Below, one piece after another: positions 54,793 to 64,000 of a stretch of 64,000 nucleotides of DNA. The position numbers and the translations under genes were made by a program. The notes under the pieces are model-generated. The model had not been told where the DNA came from. It did no database searches and saw only the letters and a list, made by a program, of their open reading frames with translations. Positions within the stretch are counted from its first letter, which is position 1. Each line of letters opens with the position of its first letter. This stretch comes from Rickettsia typhi (GTDB taxonomy: Bacteria; Pseudomonadota; Alphaproteobacteria; Rickettsiales; JABSSG01), in assembly GCA_945905715.1 (NCBI GenBank), contig CAMDPW010000002.1, positions 4,242 to 68,241 of the forward strand. Direction: 5' to 3'.

Positions 54793-54987
54793 TACATGTT
54801 ATTCAATCTTGGTTATTGAAGTATTCATGTTATGCGTTGTAGTAAGTATAGCTTGATACAAAATTTCATCCAAACCGTATACCACACTTCTTGTAACGAT
54901 GGCAATTCTTGGTGTAAACTGATTGTTTGATTTCATATTGTTGCGTAAGAAAAATAACAAAGACACTTTTGATTATTTTTGCAGCAC

Positions 54988-55704
54988 TTACAATACCTTA
55001 CTTAAAAATTCTTTAGTGCGCATAGATTGTGGTTGAGTAAAAAATTTTTCAGGCGTGGCATCCTCAATTATTTTTCCATGATCAATAAATAGTATTCGAT
55101 CTGAACTTTTTTCAGCAAATTTCATTTCGTGTGTAACAATTATCATGGTAATGCCGGTATGAGACAAATATTCTAACACTTGTAGCACCTCTTTTACCAT
55201 CTCTGGATCTAAAGAAGATGTAGGTTCATCGAATAATATTACTTTTGGGCGCATAGCAAGAGTTCTAGCAATAGCTACTCTCTGTTTTTGTCCACCGGAT
55301 AATTTACTTGGGAGAGTATTCTCGAATTTACTCAAACCTACTTGTTGCAATAAATTTTTAGCTCTTTTTTCTGCATCTTTAACCTTCATACCAAGTACCG
55401 TTATTGGTGCATAAATAATATTTTGCAATACTGTCATATGCGGAAATAAGTGAAAATGTTGGAAGACCATACCAACTTTTTTTCTTATTTTCTGGATATT
55501 ACTTAGAGTAACCGCTTCTTTATCAATCTCAATAATTCCGCTATCAGGTAGTTCTAGAAAATTAATGCAACGAAGCAATGTAGATTTACCACTTCCGGAT
55601 GGACCTATAATTGCCACCACCTCTCCTTGTGGTACTGATAAATTAATATCTACCAGTATTAGCGTGTCATGAAAACTTTTTCTAAGATTAGTTATTTTAA
55701 TCAT
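54988..55704 (-). CDS. Polar amino acid ABC transporter ATP-binding protein
   Basis: Walker A GPSGSGKST, signature LSGGQKQRVAIAR, Walker B ILFDEPTS. GlnQ/HisP-like. Confidence 0.93.
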   Translation of the reverse strand: MIKITNLRKSFHDTLILVDINLSVPQGEVVAIIGPSGSGKSTLLRCINFLELPDSGIIEIDKEAVTLSNIQKIRKKVGMVFQHFHLFPHMTVLQNIIYAPITVLGMKVKDAEKRAKNLLQQVGLSKFENTLPSKLSGGQKQRVAIARTLAMRPKVILFDEPTSSLDPEMVKEVLQVLEYLSHTGITMIIVTHEMKFAEKSSDRILFIDHGKIIEDATPEKFFTQPQSMRTKEFLSKVL

Positions 55705-56369
55705 GATATTTTCAGTCTTTTCTCTAAGTATTTTGCCACGCTGCTACAAATCACTACCATTACATAATAACATAACGCTGCAGTTAACAATGGAGCAAAA
55801 TAAATATAATGCTCAGAAGAAACAACCTGAGCTCTTCGCATAATGTCTGCGCCTCCTATTACAGAAATAATAGCTGTTTCCTTAAGTAAATTCACTGCCT
55901 CATTTGCTAAAGCTGGTAAAATGTTACGCAATGCTTGCGGTAAAATTACATCTTTCATCATTAGAGCATAAGGTATGCCCAAAGCTTTTGCTGCTTCAAA
56001 TTGCCCTTTATCTATAGTTTCAATACCAGCTCGAATAACTTCTGCAATATATGCAGCAGAATTGAGTGAAAATGCCAAAATACCAGCCTCAAATACTGAA
56101 ATATTATAGCCAGTTGCTACAGGAGTAACATAATAAGCTATGCTTAACTGAACCAATAACGGTGTACCACGAAATACAGAAACATACAGAATACCGAGCC
56201 ATCTTAGACTCGTTATATGACTTAGCTTACATAACGAGATTATAGTCCCTATGATTAAGCCAATTACGATAGAAAGTATGGTATATTTTAATGTAACTAC
56301 TGTACCTTCGATAATAAATAGAATAGAATCAGAATCTAGACCCACTACTGACCGTCCCCGTTCAACCAT
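55701..56369 (-). CDS. Polar amino acid ABC transporter permease (HisMQ/GlnP family)
   Basis: Polytopic with the EAA-type loop QFEAAKALGIPYALMMKDVILPQALRNILP. The start may lie downstream of the listed one. Confidence 0.88.
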   Translation of the reverse strand: MVERGRSVVGLDSDSILFIIEGTVVTLKYTILSIVIGLIIGTIISLCKLSHITSLRWLGILYVSVFRGTPLLVQLSIAYYVTPVATGYNISVFEAGILAFSLNSAAYIAEVIRAGIETIDKGQFEAAKALGIPYALMMKDVILPQALRNILPALANEAVNLLKETAIISVIGGADIMRRAQVVSSEHYIYFAPLLTAALCYYVMVVICSSVAKYLEKRLKIS

Positions 56370-57136
56370 TTAGTTTGCAATCTGGCTAATGTGCCTGAGT
56401 TTTTTAATTTACTCAAGGCAACATTTACTTTTTCCCTTAGTGGCGAATTTTTGGCAAAGGCCATACTGTAACCCATTATACTTCCTGAAAACAAAGCGTA
56501 ATCTAATTCTGGATGTTTTTTAACAAATACTTTCGCTTGCGCTTCTTCAACTAATGCGCCATCTAACCTAGATAATTTGAGCTCTTGAACAATTGTTAAG
56601 GTATTCTTCAAGGATACAGTATCCAAATTTTGAACTTGATCTTCTTCTTGGGTTTTTAGATAGGTTTCCATACTTGTACCCAACTGCACACCAATCATAC
56701 TATTATTCAAGTCTTTAATCTCTTTGATTGGGTTATCACGTCTATAGAGCATAGCAAATTCAGGCGTATAATATTGAATAGAGAAATCAACATTCTTTTT
56801 TCTTTCGTCTGTTGCTGTCATCGCTGAAATAATGCAATCAATTCTCCCCGTTTGCAATGCAGGAATTAAACCATCAAAATCCATATCCCTGATATATAAT
56901 TTCTTATCCAACTCATTAGCTATGTCATAAGCTAAATCAACATCAAATCCTATGATTTTCTTATTTTTTATGAACTCAAATGGTGGATAATCTCCAGTTA
57001 ATCCAACTATAAAATCACCTCCGATGCTTGCTTGAGAAGGATCTTCTTCTTTTTGATTGCACCCAACCAAAAAGAAAAGCAAGGTAATCAACAGAGCGCT
57101 TAGTACAAGCTTGGCTTTTATGATGAGATTATTCAT
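56345..57136 (-). CDS. Amino acid ABC transporter substrate-binding lipoprotein (family 3 SBP)
   Basis: Lipobox LFFLVGC, and motifs GDYPPFEF, GFDVDLA, DCIISAMTATDERKK. Confidence 0.88.
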   Translation of the reverse strand: MNNLIIKAKLVLSALLITLLFFLVGCNQKEEDPSQASIGGDFIVGLTGDYPPFEFIKNKKIIGFDVDLAYDIANELDKKLYIRDMDFDGLIPALQTGRIDCIISAMTATDERKKNVDFSIQYYTPEFAMLYRRDNPIKEIKDLNNSMIGVQLGTSMETYLKTQEEDQVQNLDTVSLKNTLTIVQELKLSRLDGALVEEAQAKVFVKKHPELDYALFSGSIMGYSMAFAKNSPLREKVNVALSKLKNSGTLARLQTKWLNGDGQ

Positions 57137-57187
57137 ATGATACTCCGATACATTTTCCTAATGTATATCATATGACTTATAACAATT

Positions 57188-58474
57188 CTAGTTCTGATTA
57201 TATACTAAGGCATCAGCTATCAAAAATAAGGAGCCAGTAATGATTATGCGCACTTTATTGTAAGTAATATGCGCTTTTAAGTATAAAATAGCGTCTTCAA
57301 CATCATTCTTGACAATTGCATTCAACCCTAATTCTTGAGCATGCTTAACGATAACATTACCAGAATAACTTAAGGGTTCAGATTGCACTGTCACTCCAAT
57401 CACTTGAGTTAAAATGCCAGCAAAAGGTCGTAGTATATTTTTTATATCACGACCTTTGGTAATGCCCATAATCATATATACTGGTGTATCTTGTTTTGTT
57501 TTTAACCAATGCGCGATTACTATTGCTCCACCATGATTATGAGCGCCGTCTAACCAGATTTCCCAATTTTTAAGGAGTAAGTTGTGAATTTTACCATAAG
57601 TTATTTGCTGTAATCTGCCTGGCCAACTAGCATGTAATAAGCCATAATTAATAACATCATCAGGAATCACTACACCTTTTAATAATTTGATCGCAGCAAT
57701 TGCCGAAGCAGCATTGATGTACTGATGATCTCCGGACAACGATAATTGTGGGAATTTAAATTTATAATCATCTGCTTTATAGTATATTTGATCGCCTTCA
57801 AATAATATACCAAAATCATACTCAAGCCTCACCAGTAATGCGCCAACGTTATCGGCATATTTTGCAATAACAACATGTGATTCCGGTTCTTGCATACTGA
57901 CAACACAAGGAGTGCATGGTTTCATAATGCAAGCTTTCTCATAAGCAATTTTGGTAAGAGTATTACCAAGTATGTTAACATGATCTAATGATATTGGAGT
58001 AATAATAGTTATGATGGGCTTACTAATTATATTTGTAGCATCTAACCTGCCACCAAGCCCAGTTTCTAAAAGCAATATATCAGCCTTTGTTCTTGCAAAA
58101 GCTAAGAAAGCTGCTGCTGTGATTCCTTCAAAAAATGATACTTGCATATCATGCTGCTCTGCAATAATTCTGCACTCTTCTAATAGCTGATATAAATAAT
58201 TATCAGCAATTTGCTCGCCAGCTAACACTATTCTTTCATTGAAGCGAACTAAGTGAGGCGAGGTATAAACATGTACTTTTAAACCAGAAGCTTCTAAAAT
58301 AGCTTTCATAAAAGCAATAGTAGAGCCTTTTCCATTAGTACCAGCAATATGAATTGTTGGAGGCATTTGATCATGCGGATTACCTAAATGCTGTAAAAGC
58401 TCTTGCATTCGTTCTAAGCCAAGTTTTATCAACTGTCTTTCCATTGGCAGTGGCCAATGTACCATTCTTACCAT
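57188..58474 (-). CDS. folC: Bifunctional folylpolyglutamate synthase / dihydrofolate synthase
   Basis: Mur-ligase P-loop HIAGTNGKGST, and LETGLGGRLDATN. Confidence 0.9.
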   Translation of the reverse strand: MVRMVHWPLPMERQLIKLGLERMQELLQHLGNPHDQMPPTIHIAGTNGKGSTIAFMKAILEASGLKVHVYTSPHLVRFNERIVLAGEQIADNYLYQLLEECRIIAEQHDMQVSFFEGITAAAFLAFARTKADILLLETGLGGRLDATNIISKPIITIITPISLDHVNILGNTLTKIAYEKACIMKPCTPCVVSMQEPESHVVIAKYADNVGALLVRLEYDFGILFEGDQIYYKADDYKFKFPQLSLSGDHQYINAASAIAAIKLLKGVVIPDDVINYGLLHASWPGRLQQITYGKIHNLLLKNWEIWLDGAHNHGGAIVIAHWLKTKQDTPVYMIMGITKGRDIKNILRPFAGILTQVIGVTVQSEPLSYSGNVIVKHAQELGLNAIVKNDVEDAILYLKAHITYNKVRIIITGSLFLIADALVYNQN

Positions 58475-59283
58475 CGTACCCTATAATTGATATAATTATA
58501 GAGTTTCAACACTCGGCAAGTACCTAACACATCGTGCACTCGAAGGTAATTTATATTTTTATCTAATAAAAAATTGGTTATTATATGTGTTTCTAGATCA
58601 CGTTTTTTGGCATCACTCTCACCACATAATGTTAAAAATGATTTGCGCGAATGGCCAATCATAATCTTTACATCGCCACTAACTAGTTCATCAATTCTTG
58701 CGATGATTGACATTGACTGATGAGCATCTTTGCCAAAGCCAATACCTGGATCGAAAACTAAGTTTTCTAGCTTAAACCCTTTTGCTGTCAATGTCTCAAT
58801 CTTTCTATCCCGCCAATTGAGTAAAAATTCAATAATATCAATTTTAGTATCAAGACAATAAAGCGTATTGTTAACTGGCACACTCATGCTATGCATAAAG
58901 ATTGCTTCTTTACCAGATTCAAGCGTAACTGCTTGCATATTGACATCATTTAAGCCGGTGACATCGTTAATTATATCTATATCAGAAATGAACTCAGCAA
59001 TAGTTTGATAATTATAACTATCCAAACTAATACGAATATTAGTACCAGCTAAAAAATTTCGAAGTTCTGGTACTATAGTTTTAAGTCTCTGTATTTCATC
59101 ATCATAAGAAATAAAATCACCTTTTGGCCTTGTTGATACAGCGCCCACATCAATTATACTCACTCCGGAAGTAATCATCTCACGAGCATGATTCATGGCA
59201 TCTAAAACTCTATAAGAATCACCCCCATCAGAAAATGAATCTGGTGTGATATTAAGAATCCCTACTATCTGAGGAGTACTCAT
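58468..59283 (-). CDS. folP: Dihydropteroate synthase
   Basis: Motifs GILNITPDSFSDGG, IIDVGAVSTRP, DPGIGFGK. Confidence 0.93.
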   Translation of the reverse strand: MSTPQIVGILNITPDSFSDGGDSYRVLDAMNHAREMITSGVSIIDVGAVSTRPKGDFISYDDEIQRLKTIVPELRNFLAGTNIRISLDSYNYQTIAEFISDIDIINDVTGLNDVNMQAVTLESGKEAIFMHSMSVPVNNTLYCLDTKIDIIEFLLNWRDRKIETLTAKGFKLENLVFDPGIGFGKDAHQSMSIIARIDELVSGDVKIMIGHSRKSFLTLCGESDAKKRDLETHIITNFLLDKNINYLRVHDVLGTCRVLKLYNYINYRVRW

Positions 59284-59780
59284 GATGACAGTCTTTGACT
59301 TAAATAATGCGCGGTTCTTTTATAATGCCTTCCTGGAACTGGATATTGCCAATCTGGCCAAAGCTGCGCGAGTAGGCCTATAGCAAAATCTCTCTCTATT
59401 AATCCTTGATGAGGTATATTTATATCGAGATCTCGTAGACACAGATCGTCATAAACCAATAAATCTATATCTATTTCTCTAGGTGACCATGTTTTTTTAG
59501 ATTTTCGTCCTAGATCTTGTTCTATCTGTTTGATTAACGTCCATAACTCATGTGGCAATAACTCCGTATTACCAATAACTACACAATTTAAAAAATCCAA
59601 ATCCCAACTTTCAGGACTGTCTGGCAGAAGTAAGGCTTTGTTATTTAGCATTGAAGAAATGTTATGTTGATGCAGAATTTTTTTTTGCACCACCAAGTCA
59701 ATGGCATTTTTTAAATTTTCTTCACGATTCCCTAAATTTGAACCAAAGCCTAGAGCAATTTTAGCCATGTTAATACTCAA
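59280..59780 (-). CDS. folK: 2-amino-4-hydroxy-6-hydroxymethyldihydropteridine diphosphokinase
   Basis: Motifs ALGFGSNLGN, WSPREIDIDLL and IPHQGL. Confidence 0.88.
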   Translation of the reverse strand: MSINMAKIALGFGSNLGNREENLKNAIDLVVQKKILHQHNISSMLNNKALLLPDSPESWDLDFLNCVVIGNTELLPHELWTLIKQIEQDLGRKSKKTWSPREIDIDLLVYDDLCLRDLDINIPHQGLIERDFAIGLLAQLWPDWQYPVPGRHYKRTAHYLSQRLSS

Positions 59781-60144
59781 TATCTCCGTATTCGCATTGA
59801 GATGAGCCAGCTGGCAAATCCATAGCAGGTTTAAATTTTTCAGTTATTACTCTAACTTTTGTATCTGTTGATACAATTCCTTTTATTAACTGATAAAGCT
59901 GATAACATAGAAATTCGATTACTTTAAATTCTTTATTATGGCAGTAACTATTGATTAGTTCGGCTACTTCATTATAGCAAATATAACTCTCTTCATTAAT
60001 ACCTAAAGTTGAGCTTGGCAAAATCTGTTGATATAAAAAAAAAGAAATTTTTACCAATTGTGTATCCAGTCTTTCTTCAGCAGTAACGCCTAACTTTATT
60101 TGAAGTTGTAGGTCATTTAGTGAGGTAATCAAGTACTTAGCCAT
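59770..60144 (-). CDS. folB: Dihydroneopterin aldolase
   Basis: 124 aa. LGVTAEERLDTQLVKISFFL resembles the FolB core, and the gene is the first of a folB-K-P-C run with overlapping junctions. Confidence 0.6.
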   Translation of the reverse strand: MAKYLITSLNDLQLQIKLGVTAEERLDTQLVKISFFLYQQILPSSTLGINEESYICYNEVAELINSYCHNKEFKVIEFLCYQLYQLIKGIVSTDTKVRVITEKFKPAMDLPAGSSQCEYGDIEY

Positions 60145-60304
60145 AATATTCTACAAACTGTAAGTTATATAAAAGGTTGTTTACCTTTGATACTACATTG
60201 AGTATTAATGTCAATCATTATAGAATGCGATCTCTTGTTGTGCACTTTACATAAAGAAAGATAATAGAACTAACAATAAGGCTAATTTTATAGATTGTCA
60301 TTTG

Positions 60305-60529
60305 CTACACACCTCTTATTTTTTTAACCCATGAGGAGGACTTTGTTTTTTCTACCAGAGCATGACTATGCCTGAGTAGCTCTTCTATTGGAGCCACTGC
60401 AACTCTGACTTGTTCTTTAGCCTTCATACTGAGATCTTTACTAACTGATAAGGCTCCAGGTTCAGGAAATATATCATTATTAATACTATTCAACTCTTTT
60501 TCACTCTCTTTTTTTATCATATAATTCAC
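60305..60529 (-). CDS. Hypothetical small protein
   Basis: 74-aa ORF between the O-antigen-ligase-like gene and folB. I recognise no motif. Confidence 0.35.
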   Translation of the reverse strand: MNYMIKKESEKELNSINNDIFPEPGALSVSKDLSMKAKEQVRVAVAPIEELLRHSHALVEKTKSSSWVKKIRGV

Positions 60530-60562
60530 CTTAATATAATAATATGTTGACTGGTATAAGCA

Positions 60563-61822
60563 TTAGCTGGAACAGTTAAGTATAAGTGATGAAGTATTGT
60601 AATTAGTTTTTCTGTCTTTTTGAAGTGTATTACCACCTATACTTAAGCCTAACCCGATCATAAACCACAACGGAACAGCATACCAATTCTTAAAAAATCC
60701 AGAAGATGGTAAGGGCAATAATTTGACATAAATTAATGTTACAATACCGAACAATAAATATTGTAAATCTCCTATGTTTAGTTGCCTATATTCACTGATC
60801 ATTTTCTTAAGTATGGTATAGAATAAGTACAAAAACAACCCAAATCCTATTAAGCCATATTCAGCAAACCACTCAACATAAATATTATGCGGATGATAAC
60901 TACAAAAACTGCTATATTGACTACAAAACCACTCAAAATACCTAGCTCCAACTCCGAAAATAGGATGAGCTACTCCTATTTTAATTCCTGCAATCCATAA
61001 CATTCCATATGGCGAGCTTGAGAAGTGATTTACTGTATCAAACAAGGAGTAAATTTGTCTATTAATCAAGAAAGGGTTTGTTACAAATACTGCTGTAATA
61101 ATTGTTACAGCTATTGTTATAAAACCTAAAATAGTTTTTTTATGAGAATTCAAAAAACAAAGAATTATTATAACACCAATATTCATTTGGATAAACGCGC
61201 TACGTTCACCACTAAGGAACACAGCTAAGTAAATAGCAGCTACTAAAATTGCACAGCATAAAATTTGAATAATATTTCTACTAACTAAGGCTTTAAAAGC
61301 AATTACAGCCATCACTGGCAATGACAATCCCGTAATCATAAAACCAACTATTTTTTTAGAATATGGACCAGTTAATCTTAACGTACCGTCTCCTTCATTA
61401 AAATATGACCTCCCTATAATATCGTAACCGGTAAAAAATTGCAGTAAAGTATCGGCCGCTAAAAAACTAGCTGCTATGGTCAAGCTAATCCAGATTTTTT
61501 TGATCACGCCTTTTTGTTGGGACACTAAAAATTGCATACATGCAGCAAATACAATATATCTTATCCATGGCACCGCCTTCTCCAAAGAGAACCATACGTT
61601 GTCAACAAACAAACTGCGAATAACAATGTAAATCCATAAAACTAAGGCTATTTTTATCCATTTTTCTTGTAACCAATACCAATCTTTTTGAACAATTGAA
61701 TATACTATGAATAATACTGCCACTATAGTCAGATTAATATCAGCAACAGCTTTGCCTATACAAATCGAAACTGGCATAAAAATGACAAGCCAGGAAAGTA
61801 TCATTGCATAATTTTTAATCAT
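60563..61822 (-). CDS. O-antigen ligase-like (Wzy_C/RfaL family) polytopic membrane protein
   Basis: About 11-12 TM helices, a family-typical SGERSAF segment and a large periplasmic loop (YSSFCSYHPHNIYVEW). The start overlaps the rluD stop. Confidence 0.55.
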   Translation of the reverse strand: MIKNYAMILSWLVIFMPVSICIGKAVADINLTIVAVLFIVYSIVQKDWYWLQEKWIKIALVLWIYIVIRSLFVDNVWFSLEKAVPWIRYIVFAACMQFLVSQQKGVIKKIWISLTIAASFLAADTLLQFFTGYDIIGRSYFNEGDGTLRLTGPYSKKIVGFMITGLSLPVMAVIAFKALVSRNIIQILCCAILVAAIYLAVFLSGERSAFIQMNIGVIIILCFLNSHKKTILGFITIAVTIITAVFVTNPFLINRQIYSLFDTVNHFSSSPYGMLWIAGIKIGVAHPIFGVGARYFEWFCSQYSSFCSYHPHNIYVEWFAEYGLIGFGLFLYLFYTILKKMISEYRQLNIGDLQYLLFGIVTLIYVKLLPLPSSGFFKNWYAVPLWFMIGLGLSIGGNTLQKDRKTNYNTSSLILNCSS

Positions 61823-62808
61823 AATTCTTTATCAATATTCTTTATCAATGCAATTAATTGACACAAATCATCTGGCATTTTTGCTGTAAATTCGAGAATT
61901 TTATTTGTTATGGGATGAGTGAATTTAATGCAAGTAGAATGTAGAGCTTGTCGTTTAAAAGTTAGTAAGCATTCTTGCGCCTCTTTGCTAAAAGATCTGA
62001 TTTTTTTATGACGCACATTACCATATTCTTGATCTCCTACAATTGAATACCCAGCATGATTAAGATGAACTCTAATTTGATGAGTCCTGCCAGTCTCTAA
62101 TGAGCATTTAATGATTGAAGCAGAACCCTTAGCTAAAATCTCTATTACTTCGTAATGAGTAATGGCAATTTTACCTCCATAAGCTATTACCGCCATTTTT
62201 TTTCTATCTTGACTACTCCTACCAATACTAGCATTAATTGTAGCAATTAAAGGTTTTGGCACACCAAATACTATCGCGGTGTATTGTCTGGTCAATTGGC
62301 GCATTTGAATTTGTTTTGCTAAAGAAGCATGGGTCAAGTCATTTTTTGCAACTACCATTATACCACTTGTATTTTTATCTAATCTGTGAACAATTCCTGG
62401 ACGTAAATGCTCTATACCGATCGTAGATAAACTACTACCACAATGAAATAATAAGGCATTAACTAATGTATTACCTTGATTACCAGCGCCAGGATGTGTG
62501 GTGAGTCCAGCTTGTTTATTAAGCACTATCAAATCTTGATCTTCAAATATAATATCTAAAGGTATTTCTTTTGGTTCTAGGTATGATGGAGATGCTTGTG
62601 GTATTTTTATAAAGTAAGTTTCTTTGGCTTTAACTTTATGAGCACAATCGTAAGCTGGATTGTTGTCTAAACTTATCATGCCTTGCATCATTAAATTTTG
62701 AATTTTACTACGTGAAAAGTCTGGTAACTGCTCCGCAATAAACTTATCTAGTCTAAAATTTGTATGTTCTGGTCTTACAGTAAGGGTATAATGTTTTTGA
62801 CTATCCAT
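61819..62808 (-). CDS. rluD: RluA-family 23S rRNA pseudouridine synthase (RluD-like)
   Basis: S4 domain (FRLDKFIAEQL), catalytic HRLDKNTSG, and GRTHQIRVH. Confidence 0.9.
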   Translation of the reverse strand: MDSQKHYTLTVRPEHTNFRLDKFIAEQLPDFSRSKIQNLMMQGMISLDNNPAYDCAHKVKAKETYFIKIPQASPSYLEPKEIPLDIIFEDQDLIVLNKQAGLTTHPGAGNQGNTLVNALLFHCGSSLSTIGIEHLRPGIVHRLDKNTSGIMVVAKNDLTHASLAKQIQMRQLTRQYTAIVFGVPKPLIATINASIGRSSQDRKKMAVIAYGGKIAITHYEVIEILAKGSASIIKCSLETGRTHQIRVHLNHAGYSIVGDQEYGNVRHKKIRSFSKEAQECLLTFKRQALHSTCIKFTHPITNKILEFTAKMPDDLCQLIALIKNIDKEL

Positions 62809-62878
62809 TGGATATTAACAATTGCTAAGTTATTCTAATTCTTTTATTCTGTGCTCTCAACAAGTATAGAGCTTAATT

Positions 62879-63658
62879 ATGCAAAAGCCAAATGATATTA
62901 AAATATTAAAATGGTACAAAGCAATGGGAGTGGATGAAACACATTCCGACAGTAGGCGTGATTTTATATCCATACAAGCCAAAGCCATGAAATTAGAGCA
63001 TGCTGAACCACTCATTAAAAATGAAAAAAAATACACCCCCCCTAAGGAGGCTGCATTGCAGGCGCGTTATCTTGCGGATCAATGCGATACTCTTGATGCG
63101 CTACGACAAACAGTACTGAATTTTGATGGGTGTTTACTTAAAAAAACCGCGACTAACACTGTTTTTTCTGATGGCAATCCGAATGCTGAAATTATGTTTA
63201 TTGGCGAAGCTCCAGGCTCAAATGAGGATTTACAAGGTATACCATTTTGTGGTGATAGTGGTAAGTTACTAGATAATATTATCAAATCCATAAATCTGGA
63301 CCGTAACTCCGTTTACATTACTAATGCACTTTTTTGGCGTCCTGCTGGCAATAGAAGACCTACAGATGAAGAAGTAACAATTTGCCAACCGTTTGTTGAA
63401 AAACATATTGCGTTAATTAATCCCAAACTAATTGTATTGGTCGGTAGTACGGCTTCTTACGCTTTATTTGGCGATTTAGGTCCGATTACTAAGCAAAGAC
63501 AAAAAATTTTACAATATTCCAATAAATATTTAGCTTCACCTATATCCGCTACTGTAATCTTTCATCCATCTTATTTATTACGCCAACCATCACAGAAAAA
63601 GTTAACTTGGTACGATATGTTAAATATCAAAAAAATTATACAAGCCCAAAAAATATAA
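62879..63658 (+). CDS. Family 4 uracil-DNA glycosylase with N-terminal extension
   Basis: Motif [24 protein letters not shown] and motif B HPSYLLR. Confidence 0.88.
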   Translation: MQKPNDIKILKWYKAMGVDETHSDSRRDFISIQAKAMKLEHAEPLIKNEKKYTPPKEAALQARYLADQCDTLDALRQTVLNFDGCLLKKTATNTVFSDGNPNAEIMFIGEAPGSNEDLQGIPFCGDSGKLLDNIIKSINLDRNSVYITNALFWRPAGNRRPTDEEVTICQPFVEKHIALINPKLIVLVGSTASYALFGDLGPITKQRQKILQYSNKYLASPISATVIFHPSYLLRQPSQKKLTWYDMLNIKKIIQAQKI

Positions 63659-63662
63659 AAAT

Positions 63663-64000
63663 ATGGCAAAAAAAATATATTGCTCAAGAAGATTTACTTT
63701 TGATGCAGGTCATAGAATTATTGGCCATAAAGGTAAGTGTAGTTTTTTACATGGCCATCGTTATGTGTGTGAAGCAACTTTTGCTGCCGACCAAATTAAT
63801 GAATTGGGTATGATTATAGACTTTGGTACAATAAAAGAACAATTAGGCACTTGGATTAATGAAAACCTAGATCATAACTTGATTCTATCAAACCAGGATA
63901 AAAGTTTAGCTCGATCTGTAACTAATTGTACCAAGCAAAGAATTTATACATTACACGCTAATCCAACATCTGAAAACATTGCACTGCATTTATTAAATGA
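63663..64000 (+). CDS. queD: 6-carboxy-5,6,7,8-tetrahydropterin synthase (QueD/PTPS family), 3' end cut by window edge
   Basis: This gene is not in the ORF track because no stop falls inside the window. From ATG 63663 it reads MAKKIYCSRRFTFDAGHRIIGHKGKCSFLHGHRYVCEATF..MIIDFG..LDHNLIL, giving the C-x3-HGH and DHN motifs. Confidence 0.85.
   Translation, partial: MAKKIYCSRRFTFDAGHRIIGHKGKCSFLHGHRYVCEATFAADQINELGMIIDFGTIKEQLGTWINENLDHNLILSNQDKSLARSVTNCTKQRIYTLHANPTSENIALHLLN

Noticed and set aside
54799-54936. 45-codon minus-strand ORF (MKSNNQFTPRIAIVTRSVVYGLDEILYQAIL..) in the spacer between the GH64-like gene and the ABC ATPase gene.
   Set aside because: It has no SD and no recognisable motif, and is below the size where chance ORFs can be excluded. 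It cannot be supported from sequence alone.

Overview
This is a visibly AT-rich, tightly packed bacterial chromosome segment. Gene content is alphaproteobacterial and looks like an obligate-intracellular Rickettsiales/Holosporales-type genome: it has a Rickettsia-type ValRS, an ALA synthase, a bc1 complex and a COX15-type heme A synthase. Most of the window is core housekeeping. It contains rpoB (cut by the window edge) and rpoC, rarA, gshB, valS, ubiA, an MsbA-like ABC exporter, bamD, ndk, ptrB, groES-groEL, hemB, pdxY, recJ, glpX, murG-ftsW, hemA, ctaA, gmk, petABC-tatB, dapB, a RumA-like methyltransferase, an amino-acid ABC importer, folB-folK-folP-folC, rluD, a family-4 UDG, queD (cut by the window edge), and two tRNAs (Thr-UGU, Asp-GUC). 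I found no rRNA, CRISPR array, intact transposase, prophage or recognisable defence operon, and no clear multi-gene novel system. The unusual material sits in a few spots. (1) 25.3-28.6 kb is a mobile-DNA graveyard: a decayed DDE transposase with inverted repeats inserted next to a truncated IS21 istB, plus a serine-recombinase relic. It surrounds a frameshifted and stop-interrupted membrane protein with a J-domain (HPD) signature. (2) A 925-bp ORF-free spacer is followed by a compositionally atypical Gly/Ala-rich polytopic membrane protein with a basic disordered tail (40898-42166), which I rate as the best candidate for an undescribed secreted effector. (3) A repeat-rich autotransporter lies next to a GH64/thaumatin-like putative beta-1,3-glucanase that has no signal peptide (50.5-54.8 kb). 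(4) Several unusual architectures occur: a solute-symporter/second-TM-bundle/histidine-kinase hybrid with no adjacent regulator, a guanylate kinase-rhodanese fusion, a proline-rich lipoprotein with three 60-bp repeats downstream of murG, and hydrophobic N-terminal extensions on Ndk and oligopeptidase B. All functional calls come from reading motifs by eye; no database search was run.
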